The notes under the pieces were generated by a model. It was not told the origin of the DNA. It did no database searches and saw nothing but the letters and a program-made list of their open reading frames with translations. The position numbers and the translations under genes were made by a program. A DNA stretch of 64,000 nt from Schmidtea polychroa (lineage: Eukaryota). Of this stretch, positions 48,901 to 60,900 are shown piece after piece. The stretch is taken from the NCBI GenBank assembly GCA_044892525.1, contig CM097885.1, positions 188,418,001 to 188,482,000 of the forward strand. Reading direction: 5' to 3'. How positions within the stretch are numbered: position 1 is the stretch's first letter; each line of letters starts with the position of its first letter.

Positions 48901-51900
48901 CTTAAATTTACTTTTAATTGAGTTTCTATCTTTATGTATGAGTTAGTGAGTATGACACATTGACACTATTGTTTTTATTTATAATACACGATACTTCAAG
49001 TATTGCTGTAGTCTCGATTAACGCAACAATATCCAGTTTTATCCACAATTTTTTTTAGTATTATTTAGTAAATAATAAACTTTAAAGTAGTATTGTTCCT
49101 GTCTTTTGAATTTTTGATATCCATGTTGTATGACTGTCACTGTCAGACTATGTAATTATTGTCATAAATAAAATAAGAGAAATTCAATTATTATTTTTTA
49201 ATGGAAAAAGTCGCAAAGCTGAAATTTATCAAGGGCGTCGAAACCCAGTTACGCCTCTGTCTCTAGGTATATTTGTCCATAACATATATTTGTTATGGAT
49301 TTCATAGTATGGATATTTTATAATATAATTTACATACCTAGAGAATAACTCAACCAATATAATTCATCATAACGCTATTTTATTAACACTAGGTTAATAA
49401 CTAGGTTATGACTTTGAATCACGTTTTGTTTTAATTACTAGATATTATACACAAATACATTGACGTTTCCAAATGATAACAATGTATTCTATCATTTATA
49501 AATTCTTCGCAAAAAAATCTTGTTTTTCAATGATAATGTTATCAATATAATCCTTAAATTCACGAATTTACATGGCAGAGATGTTCTTGGTGCAAAATGG
49601 CAGGAAACCGACCAAATAGAAATTCTTGCATATATTGGATTGTTGAAAGATGCAGGAGTAAGAAAGGAAGAGTTATCACAAGGACAAGCTAGTCGAGCAG
49701 TAAATTTGGGTAGAACCGTCGTTGAACAATTATGTGAACCATTTGAGCGATGAAATAGAAATATCACATTCGACAATTATTTAACAAGTTACGAACTTGC
49801 AAATTGCTTATTATCCAAGGGCCTTACATGTGTAGGTACTTTACGAAAGAACAAACGATGTATACCACCAAATTTCCTTCCAAATAGTGGAAGAGAAGTT
49901 GAAAGTAACATTTTGGTTTCACAAAGAATATGACGCTAGTCAGTTACGTACGAAAAAAAATCGTGCTGTCGTCTTGCTATCCACAATGCACCACAATTCT
50001 GTAGTAGACAACACAAATAAAAATAAGTCTGAAGTAAACTTATATTATAATAGTATAAAAGGTGGGGTTGATACGTTGGACCAAAAGTGTCATGCTTTTT
50101 CGGTAAAACGTAAAACCAGAAGATGGCCGATTGCACAGTTTTATAATCTTGTGGACGTATGTGGTATAGCTGCAAAAATTATTTGAAACAATTTATATCC
50201 AGATTGGAACAAAACTAAAGTAAATTCGCGACGCAAATTCTTTTTGAAGAATTTAGTGCAAGAATTAGTAATACCAAATATAAAACGTAGAAGTGTAAAA
50301 CATTTACCTAAAAATACCGTTGATGAACGAAATTTAGGAAAATTCTTCCCATATTCTAGTGGTTGATAAAACCGTCCCAGAAAAAATATGCGCCAACGAT
50401 GTAACTATTGTCCATCAGTAAAAGGTCGAGCTTCCAAACAATGTTGTGGTGCATGTGGAAAAAATGTATGTAATGAACATTCGCAAAAAATCGTCGTTTG
50501 CAAAACATTTATAAATAAATGATTACATTTTTATTTTATTTATGTATAATATAATATTTTCGTTAAAAATTTTTTTTTGTCCTTTTACGGATTATTAAAA
50601 TATAATTTTACTATTATAACTACATGCATTTTCAATATGTCTTAAAGTCATATCGCGGCGTTTTACGTAAGTATATTAACCTGGTTAAATTTAAATTGGG
50701 CTATTTCAAATTTTATACTGTGAAATCTTAATTAATAATACAATTGCAATAACGTATTGTGAAAATTCCAATCTTGACATTACTTGACGTAAATACAATT
50801 ATCATTATAATGACAAGTGTTATACTAAGATAATTATGTGTTTGGATTGAAAAAAATACGATATTTAAACAAAAGTCGGTCATTTTTGAAGAGTTATAGC
50901 TAGTAAAAATTCAAAAATGAAAAGTGAAACAAGCACTGGTTCAATTTTTCGCATCAAAAGATTAAACATTTTTCAAAAATTGAATATAGAAATTGCCCTC
51001 ACGCTGACAAGAAGTCATTAATAATTATAGTAATTATTTTATTCAAAAAAGTTTATTGGCGGTAAGGAAAATTTGTATTTTGTTTTATTCCGAAAATGGA
51101 CAGAACTTTCCGGTAGACTTTATATTTTATTTAAGGTTTTGTTTTTCATAATTTAAATATTAATTAAAACTTGATATTTGATTTAATATTTTTGAAAATA
51201 AACTCACATTCTTACTAATTATAATAAATAATAATAATATTAATAAAATTCAGTGGCGTTATTATGGGGTGCGGACCGCACCGGGCGACTCCATCACAAG
51301 GAGTGACACCAAAATGCAAAATATCACTGTCTATGATTCTATGTCACTACATGAAATTAGAATGGCGGTGGAGACGCGCACTTTTTCCAGAGGCCCGCTT
51401 CGGCGTTCTAGTCGCAGTGATACCTCTTCTTTTAATGTGATGTAATTGAAGAAGTTAATCTTACAGAGCTGTACCTTCAGAGTAAGGGCGTGACTCTTGA
51501 CAAGGTGTTGAAAAATCTAGAGACGCTAAGATATTTTATGTACGAGCAGCGTAATCATCTGGTGGAACAGGCAATTGAACAAGCCCTTTAAAAATCAGAC
51601 CAATATGGAATGTCAGTAGAGAGCAGACCCAGGTTCAAGAAGAGGATGACAGGTGAGAAGACAAGAGATGCTGGACTAACTCTGCAAGATCATATCAAGT
51701 ACCTACAAGGATGTAGCAACAATGTTTGAGGCTGTTCAAGCCAAGAGTTTGATATCTGCCACCGAAGAGGTACTGGTGTCTATTCCAAAATTGATAACTT
51801 TCTATGATGAGTTATCAGAGGAAGAGCTTTTATCAGAAATACCAAGGCTGAGAAGGCACCAGTGATCTCGAAGAAGCCAAAGACTGGTCAATACTTGAAG

Positions 51901-54900
51901 TTTGGAAATTCACAGCTGAATGGGACTTCCTAGAATTTCTCCGATATCTCTCAGTGAGCATAAAATTATTTCTTACGATCTGTGTGTCTGTGGCTTCATG
52001 TGAGAAGAGTTTTTCAAAGCTAAAGTTTATAAAGAACTATTTGTGATCTACCATGGGACAGTGATGAGACAGTCTGATCTTGCAATATTATTAATTGAAA
52101 GTGATTTGGCGAAAGGAATTGATTTCGATGTAGTAATTAACAAGTTTGCAGCTCTAAAGGCCAGGAAAGGAAATTCCTGGTTTAGTCAAGATTTAATATG
52201 ACATAAAATTAACTTCTCAGTTTTTTACCAACAACGTTGAAATAATTTTTTCTTATATTGCCTTTTTAAATATAGAACCTATATTTATTAACCTTACTAA
52301 GGATTCTGTATGTTTCCGTTATTTGGCACTGGAGGACTCGGATTAGGTCTATGGGGTGTCTTGAGGGGGGTGACACCGTGAGTTATGTATTATATCAAAG
52401 CATTTATTTAAGATAAACTTAATACTAAAAAATGATAATATGAACCTTATGAGGAAGTTGAAATATTCTTAAAGATTAATTAGAAATTTGTTAAATTTAA
52501 AAAATATTTTTATCGAAAAATATTTAAAAAAAAAACTGAAATTTGTTTAAATAACAAAAATAAGAGAGACAAGTGTTTGAGTGTATAATTTATTAAATAA
52601 AATTTATGGAATTATTTAGTGATTTGAAAACAGATTTTAATGTTCTAACGGATGAGAATCCTAATAAACCTTTTATTTATAAATTCTAAATTCTGATTCT
52701 GAATTTCTTTTATATCCTCCCTTTGAAGCACCTTTTCTCTGCAAAATACATGGTATGGCGAAGCTTATGATTCGTTTAAAGATATTTCATAATTAAATTA
52801 TAATTTAACTAGTAAGTTTAAAATGATAAATAATTTTTAAATTTTCCAATGAAAAAAAAACAATTTCACCTTTAAAGCAGACTTCAAGACAACAATTTGA
52901 CCGGGAGATTGAATAAATGGTTCGCCATCAACTTGAACTGGTAAATCATTCTTTAATGTTATTTTCAACTTAACATAAATAATTATAATAAAATAAATTA
53001 AATATAAAATAAAATAATAATAATAATCATAAAAACTGATTCAAAATATAAATTTTGCTCACATGAGATGCCTGACCTATTCTAATTCCACTTCTCAATC
53101 CGGAATGTATTTGACCCATATGTACAACACCAGAAACTCCAACAACCTCTAGCATACCATCATAATGAGTAGGCTTGTTAAATCTATCATCTCGTTCTGT
53201 GGCCCAAGGATTAGCTCCTCCAGCCCAGGACATGATATTAAGCACAATTAGACCTTCAATTGGAGGTAAATCAAGAATCTTGCTATCTGCTTCAACAATG
53301 ATTTGCTTATGAAGATCTTTGCATGTTGTTCGATACATCATCTTGCGTAGACCCATTTTCAAATAAACGCTCTTATTGTGCATTCTAAAAACATAAAAAG
53401 TACACTTCAAATTTGAATATGTAAAGTTATCTGTAAATTTATATTTTATTTCACTGAGACTGCTAATTTGCAAATAGTAACTTACTGAAAAGAATATTGA
53501 TTTCACTAAATGCCAATGTTTGGAAATCATCGAAATACAAAATTTTTTATGTAACAATGCATATCTGTAACGCTATTTAAAAGTTTAAAATAAATAAAAA
53601 TTAATTATTAGTCATGGATTAATTTTTAAATAAAAGTTTCCACATGTTTTATATAAAAGTTTTGAATATAAACATAGCTTTAAAAAGTGAATTATGTGTT
53701 TTGATTTATGCACTGCTAATACATAAAAATAACTAATTATCTAAAGCTTAAATTTAAATATGAAAAATCAAATTTCCATGACGATTCTGCAAACTGGAAA
53801 AGAAGGTAAAATGTTTCCCGTGTTAAATATTTGAACCTCTCTAGAGATCACCCGGATAAATTTAACACTTCAGTGTGTTTTGGATGCAATATAAATGACC
53901 ACATTATAAAAGAAGAGATAGGCCAGAAAAATATCGAAGAATCACAAAAATAGAACAAAATTCAACGAGAAGACCGGATTCTGAGAGCAATAGTAAAATA
54001 TCAAATAACTTTGGGTGTTTGACTTTTGAAATAATGCTTGGAAGGAAACCATGAAGAAGAGAAGAAGAAATCAGAAAACGGAAGAATTGAAACATGATAG
54101 TGATTAAGAAATGATATTAATCGAATTGAAACGGACGTCAAAATAAGGACAGACAAAACAAGAAAGTTTATGGAAAAGATTTACTATAAAAATAAATGGA
54201 CTCTTGTTAAAGTTGAACAGAGAAATGGTTTGGAAGTACTGTACACTAAGCTATATGAAATTGTAGAGAAAATAAACGAATGGACTACGAAGCTTCTGAG
54301 TAAAACGAATGAAGAATAATTCAGCGAAATTATAATTAAATAAAAATAATTCCGAGTATATCAAATGACATTGTGGCGGAAAAGGATAGTTGAAAGACAA
54401 GTGTAACAACTAAAAAGTCAAAGATAGCTAAAATACATGAGGAAATACCTGAAATATCGGGACACAAAAGAACTTTAATGACCTTAGCATAGAAGTAATG
54501 GAGCACCCTTTATGTAGTGCTTATGTTCTCATATATAAAAATAACCAGTGAATTTGATTTGCTTATCCAAAAGATTACGACACCATGTACAAACTGTTGT
54601 ATTTGTGATTCAAAATAAAAAAACGAGCATCTCCGTCATAAACAAATGGAAAAAAATATTATAAATGCGAACATGGGAATTGAAAAAATAATCTTTTCAT
54701 TATAAAATAATCTCCCTATATTCCCTACAATACAACACATTTTATTAAAAAAAGAAGCAAATAATAAAATATTATAATGTTTATAATATATTTATTTCAT
54801 CGACTATATATAACAATGTATTTTAAAGTTTTTTAATATATTTTCATTATTCATAATTTAGTCTATTCTTATTCTTTCATCATTAAAGGCGTCAACTAAA

Positions 54901-57900
54901 ACATTTTTCTATTTCCATTTCCAAAATTGTTTGACATTAAATTTTCAAATCTTCATGAACGTAAGTAAAATTTATATATCAATAATTCTCATGAAACTTT
55001 TCAGAAAAAACAACGTTTACGGAAAAAGTTGTTTACCTATTTTTACTGAACCCCGTCATATTGACATTAAAATGCGTTTTTTGGGCGAAATTAATGAAAT
55101 AAAAATTTATTATTACAAAAGTGATTTATAATAAAATAGATTTACATATTTCATAATCTGTCAAACTGACGAGTTTCGTAAATTTAGTGTTAAGTAAAAA
55201 ACTAAATTTTGTTTGAAATTTCACAGACCTGCTATTGAATTTCTCGGGATTTTCAGATCGAGCGTTGTGAAAATCCAATGCCAGATCCGCGTCTATGCCA
55301 ATTCCAAAATAATTATTCATGATAATGAGAATTGAGTTATCTTCATTAGTATTGCACACATTTGTTTCCAATTGAAGAGCTAACTTGGCTTCATCCTTTT
55401 CTCCATCATCTGATCTTACAACCAATGTCCAACTAGATATTTGGTAGTTTAAGATAAAGAATATTACATAGAAACTTACCGGTCTAATTTTACATTTTCT
55501 GCAAGAACAACATCTTTTAAAATTGAATAAGGGTCTTCAGTTGTGTATCCTCCACCCCAATTTAATACACGAGCTAAATCATTTCCAGTTCCCACGGGTA
55601 AAACTGCAATGGGAGGAGAATCACAAGCCGCATCTTGGCTTGTACTATCGAGACATGACAATGCCCAACCAACCGTTCCATCACCACCACAAACGAGTAT
55701 TTTATAAGATTTAAGATTTCGAAAGCAGTAAAGACCTGGAAGAGGTCCACCGAAATCGAGATTAAATACCTTAATTAAAAAATAGACTTATTTACTTAGA
55801 TCAATTGACTGTTAAAATATTTCAATTTAGTACAACCCCTACAAGGAGAAATTATAGATTCCAAGTAATTAATGGTAATAAATTGAATCTGAAGTTGTAA
55901 CTTTCAAGATTTGTTTCAGTAACACCCCGAACCTTTTCTAGTACTTGCAGATAATTTGATTAGCCATAATTTTGCGGCAGGGTTGAAACTAAGTATTACA
56001 ATAATTATAATAGGATGATTCATTGCGCAAAGTTTAAATTTTGATCTAATCCGTCTTCGATTGCTAAAAGAAGTTAATGATCAAAGTTGTTCCAGATAAA
56101 TATTCCAATATTTTTACATCATATGATACTGGAGTCGACATGCCCAAACGCGAGTTCATCAACAATCTCAGTACAATCGCCAGATCAAGTACCCATGCTT
56201 TCGTGGCAACATTGACTGCTGGAGCAAATATTTCTATGATCATTTTCAATGTCGTTTTCAATAAAAACTTTATGAGAATTACTTTAGTGTCTCTACATAT
56301 ATACTAAAATACATATACTAAAATGTATGTACTTAAAAGAGAGGATCAATGTAAAGTTACAATGTCGATGGCTAAACTTCAAATTCAGGAGGTAAATATT
56401 TTAATTATTGATAGGGAATATTATTTTTTACTATAAGTAACCTAATTATAAGAAAGATATTTATTATACCAGAAATAAACAGAATTCTGTCACTGATGTC
56501 AAATTAAAAAATATAAACCTCTGCTTTTGATATCTCTGAGAAAAAGTTTCTAAAACAATTTTCATGAAAAATAGGTTATTAGTAAATCACCATACCTCCA
56601 TGAAAAGTGAAGAAATTATATACTTTACCTGTTAAAGAAAAGTATGACTACAAAAACAATTGATGTTTCAGATTTTCAATATATAATATTAACAATTTTA
56701 ATTGTATTTTTGTACACTATAAAAATTTCAGATTTGAAGATAAAAATGTTCATTTATGCAACTCAAATTTTTGCCCAAGTCCTTTGAAGCATAAATAATA
56801 TTCGTATCACACATAAATACAAATATATTGATATATAAACTGAAAAAAAGTGAAGATTAGGGAAATTGAAAATAAAAAACAGATTAATGGTAAAGAAAAT
56901 AAAATATTTAGCCATACAATGCACAGTGATGTATATATGCATCACACATTTTCCTGGCTATAACTTAAAATAAACATATTGTTAAATACGTATTACATAA
57001 ATAATCATAAACAAGCCATTGTTCCATCAGAGGAGACCTTGCCCGAAAGCTAATGTTTTGTTTTAAACATAAAATTTTAGTTTTAACTGTAGATTGAGTG
57101 TTTACACCATTTATAACTAAAAATAAAAAATTGTCCAGTGTATGGTTAACTGATGATATTACCATTGTAATATGAATGTTTTTAAACGTTCGGAAGGAAA
57201 CTTTATGAATTTAGCAATCTTGATTTACAACGATATAGAATCTTAAAATTTTCAATTAAACATTATCTCCATAAAATATATAGTAATTCCATTGAATGGA
57301 TTTGAAAATATACTTTATAATTTCCCCACGACAATATTTATGTAAATCGTGCAAAGAAGAATTAACTAATAACACTTATCGAACATTGAGATTAAAACAA
57401 TCAGAAATACTGCAATAATATTTCGAAAAGCAATTTTTTTGTATCCTATTTCTGTAAATCAGAAGAAAAATGGTAAAGCTAATAGCTTATCTAGCGGATA
57501 TCCCGTTTGTATTACACAATCCTCAGACAATTAATAGTGGTGTAATCAATACAAACCATTACATAATAATTGGATTTAATAATACACATGAGTACACATG
57601 AGTGATTTTCTTATTTTACATAGGAGCCATTAACCATTAATTTTTCATATATAATGACTAGTTTAAAGTAAATTAAAAGCTTACTTGATGAGGATTGAGT
57701 AATTTTCTAAAGGCTGTTATCAAATGGTTACCCTGGCCTCCTCCAGATTTAATATTAACAAATACAAGCAATGGTTGAATGTCATCAGGAATTAATGAAC
57801 TAATTATTCTTGGCAAAAGAATAACCATTATTTGCCTTTCCATCAAGACCGTATCCTATAAATAAAAAATGAAACTCTTACAAGTTTCTTTAGAGCAAAC

Positions 57901-60900
57901 CTTCAGTATCTCATAAGCGAGTTCAGCTTTTTCACCAGAACTATAACATAAAATCAAACAGCCATTTTCGTAATATATGACATCCATTTTATCCCATTTA
58001 TTTTGTGGACCAAGTTTCTCTATAAGCATACGTTCATATGTTTTTTCATCGAGATTCTCCATAAGATTTCCAACAAATATTGCTACACCAGGTCCATGGG
58101 GATCATCACATGCTTTGATGTAAAATCTCGTAAGTCGTAAAGAGCGTACTGAGTCTTGTTTTAGTCTCTGAATTATGTCCCAAGGATGTTCGTCTGATGG
58201 AATTTCTCGTTCAGTAACATTCTTGTCCATACATACTTCCACCAAATGAAACTTCAGATGATCAAGATGCTGAATACATAAAATATTTATCAAACAATAT
58301 TCTCTAGAATTAGAAGTTATTTACTATCAGGGTTCAAATACTAAAATACAACAACTATTTTATAATAGGAAAGCTTTTATTATAGTATATCCTACTCTCA
58401 TAGCAAAAATACCGATATTCTGTAATACAACCTTATTCATATTACAAGCCAATTCTCTATTAAAAAAATAATTAGGACCCCTAATATAGGTCATATATAA
58501 ATTGAAATCAAATTATACATTTAATTGATCACTAATTCTTTTTTTTAGTTTCAATGTCTTCAAAATGCCAAGGAAAGTTACACCATTGTCAATACTCAAA
58601 GATGGCTTAATCAAAACACGTGTTAAAGTATCAAAAAAGAATAGTTTGAATAAAAGAATATTGAATGAATATGTTTGTGCAAGTTTAATTTTTATCACCA
58701 AAATATTTTTGATGGTTAAATAGATTTTAACCCTTTGGAGTCTGATTTATTTTTCGGTTACTTGAAATATATCTGAGGTCAGAATTCACTGTGAAATTAT
58801 GTGACTGTTTGTAAACAAATACTTGTATAGTGTACATTCAGACTGGTATATTTGTGTATAATGGAAAACCGGGATCTATTTGTATCATTAGGCGCACATA
58901 ATACATGGGTGGGACACACATGTTCCGATAGACTCCAAGGGGTTAAATTTTTTCTTTCAAATTATTAATCAATAAATTAAACATGTCAAATTACAAACAT
59001 ACAGGGTTTGAAGTTCAATTTAATATTTTTAAAGAAGGGTAGTAAAAATATATAAAATGCGATTAAATAATTGCAATATCGAGAATAAGAATATAAAAGC
59101 AAATATTACATGTATTAAAAAATCTACTTGAGGTCTATTTAAACATCGAATGCATTTTTAATTGATAGAAAAATCGTTTAATTAATATTTCTCATTTCAT
59201 ATTTCTGAAAAAACCAGAACAATCATTTTCTGTGATTCTTGTCAGCCCAGAATCAATTAAACGAACCAATCCTCTTTTGAACTAGGATCTTCTTGTGTTA
59301 TGTAATTTTCCCATTTCACAAACATGTTCTCAATCGGATTAAATCGTGGTGAATATGGAAGCAAGTATTTAATAGTATAATTTCTAGTTTAAAAAATTCT
59401 TTTTACTTCATTGCTTTTGTGAAATGGAACATTGTCCATGACAAACACACATACCGTCAAACTCAAAATTGAGAGAAAATAACGGAATAGATGGTTGCAG
59501 TTCTAGAGAAAATAATATACCTCTCCAAGATTACGCTCGAAAGGCTACAATAATGATGCAAATATGTGTGGAGAACTAAGTGGTGTCTCGTATTTTAGTA
59601 AAGAACAAATATGCCTTATTTTATCCATGTGCAGCACATTCACTAAATCGTGTAGGAGTCAAAGCTGCAAAAATCAATCCAGATGTTGTAAATTTATTTG
59701 GAAACTTGAAATGTTTCTACTCGTTGTTCACTCACAATCCTGCACATTGGGAAATATTGTAAAATCACGTAACATTATCAATTCACAGTTTTTCAGAAAC
59801 AAGGTGGAGTGAAAGAATTCAATCTGTACGCCCAATTGCTAAGAATTATCCTGATATACTTGATGCAATAAATGTTTTGCTGGGAGAAATGGTTACAAAA
59901 TTGACCCTTTCAGCTCTGAATACAGCCAAAGCCCTGACGAAATATTTCAGCTCTTATAAAGGTCTCTTGATGACTGTTTTGGCATAAAGTGTTAACAGGT
60001 ATTAACAATATAAACTTAGTTATACAAAATGAAGCGATATCGCTTAATTTCTAAATCACACTTATTAAAGATTTGGTTCAAGAGATGCAGCATTTTTGTG
60101 ACTCCAGGGAAATATTTTTCAAGAAGTCAAATTAGTTCTTGAAGCGATAGGACTGCAACCACATTTTTCACAAACTAAAAGTAAAATTACGGAAAATGAA
60201 GAACATTTTAGAGTGTCAGTATTTTTTCCGGTGTTAGACTTTATAATGAACAATATAAATTCAGATTCGAAAAAGCAGATAAGATTTTTGAATTACTTTC
60301 TCCAATTTTGAATTTTCAAAACATAATCACGGCCGAATGTTCGAAAAGAATACACAATTAGTAAATTTTTACGAAAACTACTTGACAAATAATTTAATAT
60401 AGTTTTCCAATTAAAAACTATTTATAAAACAGTATTTCTCTCTGAAATATTTCCGATCAAGCTGTTAAATATGATTAATGACAGAAATATCAAGTCGTAT
60501 TTTTTAATATCTGTCATGCCGTCAAAATATTTTGCACAATGCCCGTTACGGTTTCTTCAAATCGTTTATTAGACTGCGAAATTCGTTGAAAACTTCGCAA
60601 AGATGTTCAATGACCCAAGAACGACTTAAATATCTGTTTCTTTTGTGTATTGAAAATGATTTCGCTGAAAATGATTTCATTGAAAAGTTTGCTATTTTAA
60701 AAGTAAGACGGTGTAATTTGAGTTAATTTTTATATTGTTAGGGATAGCTGTAGTGCCTCTGACTTCAACATTAATAAAAATATCAATTTAATAATTAAAT
60801 TATTATAACTAAATCAAATTAAAATTATTGGTTAAATAATCGTTTCTTTCATGAATCATTCGACATCTCAAAGGTTAACTCTCATTAAAACCAATAAAGA

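Noticed and set aside
53385-53557. N-terminal part of the 176-aa ORF 53027-53557
   Set aside because: Intron read-through; the real DGK exon starts at the acceptor at 53384.
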